Source: Dimorphilus gyrociliatus
Taxonomy: Eukaryota; Animalia; Annelida
Direction of reading: 5' to 3'
Assembly: GCA_904063045.1 (NCBI GenBank)
Contig: CAJFCJ010000002.1
Coordinates: 4,087,891-4,151,890 of the forward strand
DNA length: 64,000 nt
Shown one piece after another: positions 23,835 through 37,707 of this stretch; the first letter of the stretch is position 1, and each line of letters opens with the position of its first letter. The position numbers were made by a program, and so were the translations under genes. The notes below the pieces were generated by a model. That model did no database searches. It was not told the origin of the DNA and was given only the letters and a program-made list of their open reading frames with translations.

Positions 23835-25803
23835 TAACAACATTTAAGAAATCACATAATTAATTAACTGTTACTACTCAGTTGATATCTTTTAGACGTT
23901 GAGCAATAATTTTCTAACTTTTCTATAACTATCTATACAAACTGTAGTTATTTTTCATATTAATAAAATATAAGGCGGTTGAAATTTATAAACACAGTAT
24001 ATAATAGTACATAGTAAAAAAAAAAGTCTATATAAAAGGCTTTATGACGTTTAAAAATACAACACTACTTGTATACATATGTATATAGAAAATACGTATA
24101 AGTAGGCATATATTATGTAAAAAAAAAATATATATATATATCCATTTTTTTATCATTATTCTTATACATCATACTTAGTACGTATGTATTGTTTCAAAAA
24201 CATAAAAACATTCAGTTGCTTCTTTAAATTAACAGTATTTTTTTGTCTTTCTTTTAGTGCATTAAAAATATTGATATACTTTATATGATAAAAACAGGAA
24301 CATAATCCATTATCATAAAATATAATATAATATTTATATATTCAAATATATATAACAGAGTAATTAACTTTTTAAACGGTTAAAAAAGTTTTCATTAAAA
24401 TTGAAAATATTTATTATTCTTTTTCTCTTAAAAGTTGAATAACAACTATTTATTTATAATTTAAATAGTTTTAAATTCAACACAATTTACATTTTTGAAT
24501 AGAAAATCAAGAATTGCTTATGTTTGCCCAATGCAAATAAATAAAAACATTTTATCAAATGACCAGTAGACTATTTGTAGTACATTGATTAAATCTTTGT
24601 TTAGAAAATCGAATAAAATATGTTTTGTAGGCTGATAGTTGCATATTTTAACTTAATGATATATCTCTTTGCGCTCTCAAATGCCTAGTCACGCGTAATA
24701 TTATTTTACTTTCGTAACCAATTGTATACAAGAAATAAATTCTTAAACATTAGTTTTCAATGATTTCATGTATTGAAAAACAGTTTAATTAATATTTACT
24801 CTTCCCCCTTAATAAAACAAGGAAAATATAGATATTTATTCTTAATAGGCAAACCGTTGAAAACTTATTAATGCTTTTCTAAGCAGGACAAAATTTCAAG
24901 AGAAATATACTTGAACACTTAAAAGATTTATTCATTCATTTTTAAGGGAAAAACTATGCCAACTTCAGAGAATTTTAAAATGTTTATGAGGCATAATAAG
25001 ACAAAGTACACTAGAAACTAGATGAAGATGCTTGTGCAAGACAATCAAAAGAGATGTTTTTTTTTGCTGACGCATCTCTATAAAGAATATACATTTTTTC
25101 AAATACAGGTATTGTATTGATTTTGTTTTAACTTTCCAACTTGTAGAGGATGAGTTACTGAGATTTAGTTACTAACTGAAAGGAAGCATCCATAGTCAGC
25201 AAAAATTTCTATTAACGAAGAATTAATTTGAGAAGACTGGTAAAGTTGATAGTGTGGCATACAAAAAATACCTTTCCTATCATTTTTGGGTTAATGATAA
25301 TAAAACAGACATCGTATATAAAATATACAAAATATTTCATATAATTATTTATATGTCTATTTTAGACAGAGTTAGTATTGAATTTAGTATATATGTTATC
25401 TTTTTTCTCGTCTTTCTCTCTCTTTTAATGGAATAAGAAAGAGTAATTTTTGCCTAGTTTCTAATTTGCCAAACTATATTCTTCGCTATACAGGAAGTAA
25501 GGGGAACCAAGCTTAGGTTAGATAGAAGAATTTATTCATCGATTCGGAAGCAAATAAAACCGAATAAATTTAAAAATAGACTCTTCTTTCCTACATTTTC
25601 CTATCAGAGCTATATATTGCGTGTTTTATTTTTATATCGCTTGCAGATTCTGTACAAAGAGTATTTAGGGAAAGAAAATGAAAAGAATTTCATTAATTAC
25701 CAAGGGGAATACTTGTATTGTTGCCATCTTCCTTTACCTAATTTTTGGCATTTGTGTTATGGATAAAAATATTCCGTTTTTCAATTCCCGGTTCAACATT
25801 CGA

Positions 25804-26254
25804 GTCACGTGACGTAGAGTTGGTACTACCGCGTGACGGAAATTTACTACTGATCAATGTATTATCTATAGAGGCTGATTTTTTGATAACTTATTTTTTT
25901 TCCATTTATGACATACCGTAAAAACGTTAGTAATAAAATCGAGTTGTAAACTAATTGCTGAAAAAGTTAACGATTGTAAAAAAAAAAGTCAATGAAATGA
26001 AGAAAAATGAAAGAAAGATCCCCAATATTGAAATTTGCAAGATATTGTATTTTCAAGATCGGAAAAGAATCATATTTTCGATTGAATTCATTTCAAATTT
26101 TATTTAGAAACACAGAAGGCTAGTTTAAGCTGTTTAAAGTGTATAAAAGTTACAGAAAATTATCTAACCTTGAGACAACTAAGCCTACATCACACAAGAC
26201 GAAAAAAGGGAGCAATCACGTGATACTGGCGTCGCAATTTTCAAAATGGCCGCC
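25804..26254 (+). promoter_or_regulatory. Raf promoter region: GTCACGTGAC (25804-25813), TCACGTGA (26216-26223) and a YY1-like CAAAATGGCCGCC overlapping the ATG
   Basis: The motifs are read directly from sequence. The same motif combination recurs at other promoters in the window. Confidence 0.55.
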
Positions 26255-27481
26255 GACGAGTATAGTTCGGTAAACCCGCGCGACAAACGCGACTCGATGG
26301 CTGATCGAATAGGAGATTTGCAACAGTGTATAGACAAACTCGAGAAAGAGGTACGAATTGCAGATAATAAGAACATTTGTGCATTCGATCTTTGATTCGT
26401 TTCTATAACATGCTTATTTATCCAGGCATCTAGCCTGGTATTCTTATTAAGCCATTTGTCACGATTTTCGTTGTATAGTTTGCCCGTTTTTTGGTTGTTT
26501 TATAAATAATTACTGTTCATAAACGTTATAGGCTTCTTAGAGCTATGTATTACATATCGTCTGCAAGCACCTCTAAAAATACTGACTGAAGTCAGTCATG
26601 TCAGGACAATTGCATAACAGACGAAAATCGTCTTAGTTAATAACTAGAATATTGACTGTAGTTATTATACAGAGACAAATTTTTTTAATTGATATTAATG
26701 CTACAATTATAATAATTTGGACAAACTCATCTTTAGTTTTTAATTATAAAATAATATTTTTTTCATTAGCGATTGGACAAGCGAAATATTATGCAAATAA
26801 AGTTAAAATGTTTAGAAGAATTGAATGCCGAATTTGGTAGAGTTCAACCTCCCCCACCGATGTATATACAGGTAATTATATTTAACTAATAATCAATTAT
26901 TAGAAAATTTGCTTTTCGCTATGTACCAGTTTTCAAACAGTACCTTAATATTTCGGAATTTTTATGTTGACTAATAATAAAATATAAAATATGTAATTTT
27001 CATTAAATAGACAGCTATAAAGAATTAAAAATAATAATATATATTTTTCAGAAAAAAAAATTCTAAAGTTAACAAAAAAAAATAAAATCAAAGAATTAAG
27101 TATATATTCCAAAATAATTCCAAAGATAAAAAAATAATCATTTTTAAGAAATTGAATTCGAGAATTCTTATTCATAAATAATATACATAATTATTAATAT
27201 TATAAAATTCTAATGTAACTATTTTTGGAAAAATATCATGAACTTCTTATTAGAAATAAAATATGAGATTTAAAACAACATTTTAAAAATGATATTTTAA
27301 TTTTAGATATAAGAATGAAATGTGTTTTTTTTTATATAAAACATAATTCTATCGTCAAAAAGAATTTTGTGTTTTATATTATTAATTTTTCATTAGAACT
27401 ATTTTTATAGAAAGAAACATTAATAAAAATGGTGGACACTTCGAATTTTCTCTAGAATCTAACCGCTTTTAATAATATACA

Positions 27482-27534
<53 letters not shown>

Positions 27535-30144
27535 CCCTTAGATTGAGAAATTATCTCTTCCATTTACCCACATTTATAGATATAATATCAAGGGTTACCT
27601 TGTTAGATGAGGTTAAACTTCTCAAATCTCCAAAAAATTCCAACATCCCCTTATTGACATATTTACATGTTTTTCTCAAATAAATGAGTGTCCACGAATT
27701 TTGAGGGCTTTAACCCGATGTCAACATCCTTGGCTTATTTGCCTTTTTTAATTTGAACATAATCTTTAAACCTACAAGGACCATTATATTAAATATATTT
27801 AACTATATGGTACAGATGCGTATATACATCCAAGAAACAAAACAGTTTAACAAGGAAAAAATTATAATTCACTACTATTTCTTTGTTATTTGAATTATAT
27901 TACTTTTTAAAGTTTTAGAGTTCAAAAGCACGAGATAGATTATATACTTTTTAATCTTTTATCTTAAAAACAAATTATTTATGGCAATATCTTCAGTATT
28001 TATAAAAGAATGATTGATACTGAATATTGTTAATTTACAGCTTAAGTAGTTATTAATCAGTTTTCAGTGATGTTGAGATATATCCTAAAATTTATGATCA
28101 AAGACCTTTTAGAGGGAAAGAGATAATTTAGTATACAACGTAGATGATGATTAGTGTCAAAGTGATTTTTGTACACAAGCTATAATCTGCTTTAAAGAAT
28201 TTATGGTGTAAGAATATTGATCTAAGAGTTATAGTTTGTGTGAACATTTTTTTCAGGAATACGAAAATTTAACGCAAAAGATTCATGAATTACAAGAAGC
28301 AGGAGATGAACTAGATGATATAATAAATCGTTATCAAAAAGAAAGAGATGAGCTTGATAATCAACAAAATGAAGTTATAGAACAAACAAGGGAAGAGGAA
28401 GTTGAGGAGATCGTCAGGACACCGTCAACACCCAATTCCTTTACTTACTCATACCCATCTGTTCCAGTCACAAATAATGCTGGATCAAATCATGTATGCC
28501 TGAAAGATAATTTTAGAGAAAATATGTACTTTAACCTCGTTATTTCAGAACAAACTGGAAAAAATTGGAGAGAATTTAGTTAAAGCTCATATGCCACACG
28601 GACAAAGTTCGACTGTAAGTTCTTTTTTGTAAATTTATTAAACTATATTCAGAGGGGTTATAACATCTGCCGCCGCATCTGCCATCTAGGCACTATTATT
28701 TCCCAGCTGTTTTGAACATCGATTAATAAGCAGTACGTATTTATTCAATGCTACACCGACTGGAAAAGATGGACGGTGTATAGTATATTGCGAGTGATGA
28801 AGGAATATAGAGAAGAGTTCCGATGCGGAAGATTAGCTCCTCCGCCTACACCAAGGCTCTCCTTTTCCTCGCCCTCGATGAACAGAGAAGGCCCATGCAC
28901 GCCTTTGTATCCAAATCCGTCTCTTCTCAGAAGGCAATTGACTATATCCGAAGGCAAAGAGGATTTCTTTTAAATTTAGTCATTTAGAGGTCAGATTGTA
29001 AAAATTCGTAGGAAACTGCTAAAAATTACTTAAGGACATTTTAAAATGCAATGCATCCATTCATTGCAGAGATATAATCAATCCAATTGTGTTAATATTT
29101 TAGAATTATTTAAAATTCTCATCTTGTCTTAAAAAAACTGCTATATTTATTAATTTTAACTTTTCAGAAAATTTTTCAAGTACTAAAAACTTTTGTACTA
29201 TATTATCGCTCACACCATGAGATTATTTAAGTTGCAAAATAATCGATTTGGACAGTTTTTTTTAAATGAAATTATTTATAGCGATTCAAGTGAATATAAA
29301 TGTTAGATATTTTTTGTAAAAAAAATTCCATAAATTCTTTAACTCAGATAAATAACCATATAGCCTTCTGAAGTATATGCCATATGTAATGAAATTAAAG
29401 TGATATTTGCAAAATAGTATTATTTCATTATAAACTAAAAAGATATTTTTATAGAAATATGTAAAAATTTATTAAAAGAATCCCTTTTTATGTATTATTA
29501 CAATAATTAATGGATTTAAATAAAAGAACTAAGAACAACTTTTTTAATAATATATATAGTAGATATATATTTATATATTATTTTAAATTTTAAAAAACAT
29601 ATTTTAATGTATATGACTATTTTAGTAATTTATATTTTCTATATATATATATATATATACATATATTTATCTGACTTTATTTACTCTATATAATTTGTTT
29701 TAATCCTCTTTGGCTAAAAAGGAATATCTCCTGTTGACCCTATTTTGTCGGATGATGAACATTTTTCTAGTCTACGTTCGCGGCAATTTCGGAGACGTTT
29801 AATGGGAGTCTCAAGTGATATTGAAACAAAATATCCCTGTGTTTGTAAACCATATAATTCTATGAACGATTTAAAAATTGAAATTGAATCAGAAACTAAT
29901 TTTGTATTCGAGTATGATAATTATGGTAGTGCTACTAGATTAGACAATTTCTCTATGTCATTTGACTCAATTACGCCATGGATGAAAGAAGGTACAGGCA
30001 TATTTTGATGGATTTGCACATATATTCCTCATAATACCCTCAAAAGAACCTCAACAAAGGGCGATTACCTTTGACAGAATCGGATATAAGTTTTTAATCC
30101 ATACTAAAATTTTATATATAATAAGTTCACATATACTATATTTA

Positions 30145-30188
<44 letters not shown>

Positions 30189-30206
30189 TGTACTATGTGT
30201 GTATAA

Positions 30207-30240
<34 letters not shown>

Positions 30241-33200
30241 CTGTTATAATCTATTTAGAATGATTATATTTAGAAAATATTAATTTAAAGTAAGTCAATT
30301 TTTCATTTCAAGTGGCCCCTTAATTTCCCTGAATAGAACAAGCACTGAAAGTGAATTTGAAATCTGTATCTTCGTTCATCTTTATGCAGAGTTACCGAGT
30401 CTGAAAAAATGTATTTGCTGGAGAGTACCAAAATCTCCAACATTTGATACATCTACATTTGTGCAACCCTCAAAACCGATTATTATAAGGTTTCCGGAAA
30501 TTCAACGACGTAGAACGTTCTTCCTGAGAAGAAAAGTTGAATACTCAGATTTGGATTGCCTATTAAAGGTTGTGCGTGGGCGTTGTAGGGTTACTTGACT
30601 TATCGATTACATATATATGCTTACATTGGCGTATATACACACTTTATATGTATAAGTGTGTAGAAGTTTTTTGCGACAGATAAATTACACGCTAATCCAT
30701 TTATGTATTCTTGAATATATCCATATATATATATATATATATATATTAAAAATGAATATTTTTCAGGTAATTGACTAACTATATTTTACTTTCTATTTTT
30801 AGGTGATAGTGAAACCTGGGCAATCCTTAGCTGACGCTCTAACGAAACCGATGCAAAGAAGAGAACTAAAATGTCACAATTGCGTTGCTGTTAATATGAT
30901 AAACAAGTACGTATTGTTTTTAACAAAAAGCTTCTTTACTTAAATTTTATTATCATGAGTTCGTTTATAATGATATTTAAGTATTGAATATATAGTTTTA
31001 CTTCGAGATGGCTTTCTTTATGAAATTATTGTGCAAACTTGTGTTGGTGTTTGTTAATATAAAACTTTTATATCAGGAAAATACTATTTTCTAGCTAAAC
31101 TTTATTACCATTTCTTTAAATTTGATCATATTCATTGTTAGTGAAATATTTAGTACGACGAAAGAACTATTTTTATTTCCTACATGTTTTTTAATGTATT
31201 TATTTATTTTTTATACGTTGCAGTTTTAATCACGATTTAAATATCTTATAATAAGATTTATATGGATAAGTGAAAGAGTAGAAAGAAAGAAAAATATAAT
31301 ATTTGTTTTATTTTCATATTTTTTGTGGTTTATTTCTTGCCTCTTTGTTTCCATGATCAATACTAGTAATACTATTAACTTTCTTCAGGGTCGTTATCGA
31401 CTGGGGAACTAAATTAGAACGCTTAGGAGGGACGCATATCAAAATTGACACTAGAAAAAACTGGGCTAAAGAATCTGTATTAACAAGTAATCACAATTAT
31501 GTTAGAAAAACGTTTTTCTCCTGGACATACTGTGATTCTTGTCAAAAATTGTTGGTGCACGGAATAAGGTGTCAGACTTGCTTAATCAAGGTTCACCAGA
31601 AATGTGCACCAAAAGCTCCTGCCTGTCAAACAACGGAAGAAGACCGCCATGTAAGAGCTAAACTGTAAGTATTTGAAGTAGCTTAAGTAACGATCCTAAC
31701 ATAGTACTTAATTTCAAAGAATCTTAACACTTTTATTAAATAAGCGTTATCATTTCGATGATTATTTCGGATTATATTGAAATGAATTTGCTGTTATTTT
31801 TCAAATGTTTATGTCTTATGTTGATTATTAAAATGAAATATAAACGAGAGATAATCATAGCATATTAAGTGCGGATGACGATCAGCTGGACAGTATGGAC
31901 AGAGGCCGTTCGAAAATGCCTCAGCCCAATCAGCATCGTGCTCGATCGACGTCTGCGCCTAATGTTAGTATCAATATGATACAACTACCTGGAGGTGCTG
32001 GACGCGATATAAAGGTAATTGCTTTTTAAAATTATTAATGTCAGTTTCTTTTTTAATCTTGTAGGAGCATTCAGAACGGGTCAAGCCAGTTTTACAGAAG
32101 GGTAGGATCAGTTAAATATCTATCAGCCTAGTTTTCTTTCACGCATAAAAAATGAATACATGAACCAACCCCTCTTTACGGATGTATAAAAAAAAAATTA
32201 CTTTGTATAAAAGTATCTTTTACTTATAAAAATTAAATGGGTAGTTCTAGCTCCGAGTTTTTACCTCTTCTATGGTGTTAGTAAACTGAAAGGACTTGTA
32301 TTCATTTCATTATAGTTGGAAAAGTAATAACATAGTTATTAGTTTAAGCCGACGTTTTTAATCCTTAAAGTTGTCTTAGTTGGAAGGGATAAAAAGCAAC
32401 CCCATTTTTTAAAAAATGCTATAATGAAATCAATTTTTAAAGACAAATATGCAATGATTTGCTTTAATGATTCCACAGGACGATTACGACAGCAGATCTT
32501 TCTATCCTTCCGAGGGTTAGTAAATATTTTATCTTTATTTATTGTCTGTGAAATGATTTAAATGATTTTTTTCTTTTCATCGTTTTACCTTTAATCTAGT
32601 CTTTTCATTTTAAGTTGTACTCTCTTATTATAATTTGAAAATCAAGGATACAAAAATAGCATATAAATTAAATTAAATATTAATGGAGATTTTAGAAACT
32701 TGATATTGAATTTCTCCAAGAGCCATATTTAATTTACAAATAGTTTTTTCATTCATAAAAAGTGTCTAATTTTTTGTCTTGTTTTGTTTTCTTCTTGAAA
32801 ATTTAATGTTTGGGAAATGCAAATAAAATTTTCCCATTCTCATAAAACTTTCCAGATTTGTCGAATTCGAAATTATCGGCGAAACGTTTTTTAATTGTGC
32901 CTTCTTCGTCATATACCAGTAATTTATCAGGTGATCGATATCTTGGCCCTTTATCATTATTTCTTTGCATGGTAGTATTTTAAGGACAAGAAATTCATAT
33001 AAATTGGTGGTATATATTTATAAATATACTTTATATATTATTAGGCGCTTTTGGAAGGGATTCTAATGTGTTTTTAATTCTTTAACAACTTATAAATGGA
33101 TACATTAAAACTGTTTCTTAGGGAAGGAAATTCTTTTTTACATAGGAGAGTTATTTTATTTTATTTTTATTATTAATATCGTTAATTTTCCTCAATCATT

Positions 33201-34703
33201 TTAATCTGTCGAAAAGCACTGTTTTCTATTTATATCTTGATTTTTTATCCTGTCCTTTTCGCTGCAAAAATGCTCATTTAATGTAATTAATTTAGGAACA
33301 AGCCCCAGATCTTCTCCAACAAAACATTCAACAAGTACATCACCAACTTCTCAAACAGTCCGGTCCCGAGCAAAATCCGGTGCAGAACGTAAAAATACAA
33401 GGCCTCGACGAGATTCAAATGAAGATTGGGAAATACCTTCAAATGAAATTCAAATCGGTAGGCGGATAGGCTCAGGTTCCTTTGGAACTGTTTATTTAGG
33501 TAATTATTTATTAATACGAGTTAATTCAACAACTAGATTTTATGTAAAACCTTCTATTCATAGGTCAATGGCACGGTCAAGTGGCTATAAAACAATTGAA
33601 TGTCAAAGAACCAACTCCAGCTCAACTGCAGGCTTTCAAAAATGAAGTTGCCGTATTAAGAAGAACGCGGCATACGAATATATTATTATTTATAGGATGT
33701 GCAAGCCAACCACATCTGTCTATTATTACGCAATGGTGCGAAGGTTCTAGTTTGTATAAACATTTACATGTCAACGAACATCGGTTTCTGGTCAGCGAAA
33801 TATTGGAAATAGCAAAACAAACTTCCCAAGGCATGGATTATTTGCACGCAAAGAGTATAATTCATAGAGACCTTAAGAGCAACAGTTAGTATCATTCTAT
33901 TTATACATATTAGCAACTCAAAATTCTTCAATAAACATATCCAAAATTTTTTTTCTGTAGATATCTTTTTACACGATGATTTAACTGTAAAAATTGGTGA
34001 TTTCGGTCTGGCTACAGTAAAAACTCGATGGTCAGGATCTCAGCAGGTAATAATCTCTAAGTAAAAGAAACTAATAATAAACACAAGTCTGCTAATTGAG
34101 TGATTTTTTTTAATTTAAAGAAATAACAAATATAAATTTTTGATTCAATTTTTCCTTCAGTTCGAACAACCTACGGGCTCTATTCTCTGGATAGCACCGG
34201 AAGTAATTCGAATGCAAGATAAAATGCCATACACATTCCAGTCTGATGTTTATGCGTTTGGTGTTGTTCTTTATGAACTACAAACTGGACAGTTGCCTTA
34301 CATGCACGCTGCAAGCTATAGCAAAGATCAAATCTTATTCATGGTGGGAAAAGGATATCTACGCCCCGAAATGAGCGCCATAAGATCCGATATGCCAAAA
34401 CACTTTGTCCGATTAACGAGCGATTGTATTAAGTTCAATAGGGACGATAGACCTATCTTTCAGAGTATTTTATCTAAGATGGATATGATTTTAAAGAGTT
34501 TACCAAAAATAAGAAGAAGTAAAAGTGAACCGTGTATAACCAAAAATAGATTTGGACACTCGACGGACGATTTAGACGAATATTCATGCGCCTCACCAAA
34601 AACTCCTAGTCATTATTCAAATTTGGGGCACTTTGGTAAGGATCAGCCTTTTAAACTGCATACATTACACAGTTTCAATGATGATGATTATTACTTTTCA
34701 TAA
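26246..34703 (+). CDS. BRAF: Raf kinase, BRAF-like (BRS coiled coil, RBD, C1, CR2, kinase)
   Basis: Exons from 26246-26350, 28257-28493, 28549-28614 and 30803 onward. [22 protein letters not shown]...RREL, C1 HNYVRKTFF...[10 protein letters not shown], acidic N-region [33 protein letters not shown], and C-terminal 14-3-3 site RSKSEP. Confidence 0.96.
27483..27522. repeat. (TA)n microsatellite; similar tracts near 29640, 30150, 30205 and 30723
   Basis: Dinucleotide runs visible directly in the sequence. Confidence 0.9.
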
Positions 34704-36463
34704 TATTTCTCTTAAATATTTCACGAAAGAAATATGATTGACAATTAAAATTTATAGCAAAACAGAATTAATTACAAGTATAAATATTGTATGTTAGAGT
34801 GCACGTTCACAAAGTACCAATTAATACTCGTAATTGGTTAAGGTAATCTGAAGACTATACAGTTCAAGGCTAATGGCTCTACCTCTTTATTGTTGGTTAA
34901 GCTTGTTTATCCAATGTGTTTTGCTATAAATCGAACGGGGGATAGGGGAAAATATCAAGTTATACTAAAATAACTTAATACCTTAATAAATGATCGTATA
35001 TTTTCTATTGAAGAAAAAAAGTCAAAGAAAAAAGCTTAGCTCTCTCTATATTCGCTTATATTTTTCATAATGTTTTTCCCTTTACATAATTTTATATTTA
35101 TTCATAATTTCAATCTTTTCATTTTTTCTGCAAAATTAACTATCTGCAATTTTTTCTCTTTCTTTTTTTTATACAGCATTCTCCTAGGCCGAATGGCTTC
35201 TGAAAGAGAATCTCAAAACTGCATAACGTTTTCACAAACTGCTACAAAAAAAACAATTATTACTACCATGTGAAAAAAATTCTGTTTTTTAACTTATCTT
35301 TGCTGAATTATTTCTTTTCGCGTGTGCAAAACTGCTTTTTTTTGTCCTGGCTATTTTTCTTTAAGAAAAAGAGCGTTGTTTGTTGTTGTTTGTTTACAAA
35401 AAAATGATAATAATAATGACAAATGATAATAATAATGATTTAAAAAAAATCTAAACAAGAATTAAAAAAAAAGAATAAAATCAATAAGCTAAGGTATTTA
35501 CATTTCTTGAACAAGGATTGAAGTAAATACTTTATAGGCATATATTTTTCATACATTTTTCAATATTATCGTTCCTACTAAAAGAGTATTTTATTAACAA
35601 AACCCACGCCGTAAAAAGTGAGGAAAATAGTAATCCATAATTGGAATCTTTTGAAATATAACTATGAATACGAAAACAATATTTTATGATATTTATTTAT
35701 AAATTATTATTAGTATATATATATATATATATATTATATATTTAATATACATTGAATAGTTGAAATACTTTTAACAGTTTCGGCTAATTGAAGAATTTCT
35801 ATCATGTAAATCAGAAATAATTGGAAAAAAATTATTAATTATTCTCCTTATCTATTACCATTTTATTAGTTCGTTAAATCTAGATTTGATACACAACTGA
35901 TTATTTATTGAAATAATAACAAAGTTCACAACATATGTTCTTTTATAAAAATTTTAAAACATTTTGAAATTATCTTTTTTTTCTCTATATTTTAATATTT
36001 TCAATGAAAAAATTAAAATAAAAGAAGAACAACTATTATTCAATAATTTTTTTCTATTTAAAGTAGAAAAACATATCGATTTATTAAACTTATTGTTATT
36101 TTTTAATAAAAAAAAATGTTTCTTTTTTGTTCTTTTTAAAAGAGCTTTAGCTTTAGCTCTTTTAAGTAGAATAGAAATCTCTATTGATGCCCCATCTATC
36201 GTATAAAATAGTAAATGTTAGATAAAAACTAAGTGGCTTTTGTTTTTTTACTTTCAATGTCATTTTTGGTAATATAAAGTAATATATGTTTAGGCCCAGT
36301 CCGAAGTATAGTAACATTTGAATTTGATTATATCTTCGTATGACCTTACCTATTTATTGGCAATCGAAGAAATAGATATAAACTTTATTGCAGTCAGTAT
36401 ACATGATCACTTGAACTTTCATTAAGTGGTGCCCTCTACTAATGCACGATACAGTATATAGAA

Positions 36464-37707
36464 ATGGGTAGTTTTGAAGGCCACACCCTGCCCGGTTCCT
36501 TTTTTATATTTTTTGGATTAATATGGATTTTTTTTGGATTAAGAAGATATTTCAGTCATCCTAGAGAATATATATTTTCTGGTTAGTAACTGTTGTTTAT
36601 AGGTGAAAAAAGTTTATATATTTATATAGCACTCTCTATCTAGCTATCTATCTATATTTAGTATTAATATAATGATGTAGTATAATTTCTAACCTACTTT
36701 TGCCCAGATAATTAGTTGATACAGAATAAGAAACAATAGTCATAATGACCTTCGTTGTATCATTGCGAAATTCAAATCGAAAATTGTACATTTTATATTC
36801 CCATTGGCATAATTTTGAATGGAATTAAATGCACAATTAATGCGAAACATTATAAATGAGATGATTAATACCAACTGTATATTTACTTGTGTTTTATTGA
36901 TCGAAAATCCCAATACAACAAAATAGATATCACAGTCTATAATATTTACCTATTTCCATAGTAACATATGTGATGATAATGTTAAACTAGTCTGAATCGT
37001 CTTAAAATTATTATTTTTTTGAAATAGCATCAATATCGGTGGAGATATGGAAAAGGAAAGTTCCATTAGAGGGTATACTCAAAGCTATCCTTTCGATTAT
37101 AGGTGCCATAGGTGAAATTATTTATGCAAAAGGAAATTTTGTAACTGCAAATCGAGGCAATGGTCAGCATGTTAGTATATATATTGGCTTTTTATTATCA
37201 GGAATTGTTGATATGATATCTCAAAATTCAAAGTGTTTGCCCTCCAATGTTGACTATCTTGGTCTTATTTTGGCTTTATCAATTGAATTAATAGAATTCA
37301 AATTTCACCTCCACGATAGGAAACACTTGGATGTGTTTATTCACACTTGTTTACTGTATATTGTGACACTTTTAATAATAGTCTTAATATTTCAAATTCA
37401 ACACCAAAAGAGTTTTCTATTATACTCTATCAGATGCTTTTTGATACTTTTGCAAGGCACGTGGTTCATACATATAGCATTTATCTTATATGATCCCAGG
37501 AAAGGTGCCAAGAAATTGGATCAAGATGATACGGGAGTGGTTATGATGGTTGTTATGTTTTTTTCATGGCACATTTTTGCAATATTTATATTCTTGATAC
37601 TAGTTAGTTTTATCTTTCAAAAGATCTATAAAAAAGACTTTAACAAAAGATATACGGAACTGCGAAATATTCCAGAAGATATCGACAGCAATGTAGAAGA
37701 ATTTTAA
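36464..37707 (+). CDS. TMEM45: TMEM45-family membrane protein, ~265 aa; exons 36464-36581 and 37028-37707
   Basis: N-terminus MGSFEGHTLPGSFF, plus FHLHDRKHLDVFIH and LQGTWFIHIAFILY. A phase-1 intron joins the frames. Confidence 0.9.

Noticed and set aside
24950-25780. Splice-like signals on both strands upstream of the Raf promoter, suggesting a small divergent gene or lncRNA
   Set aside because: I could not assemble a stop-free, phase-consistent model or recognise a product.
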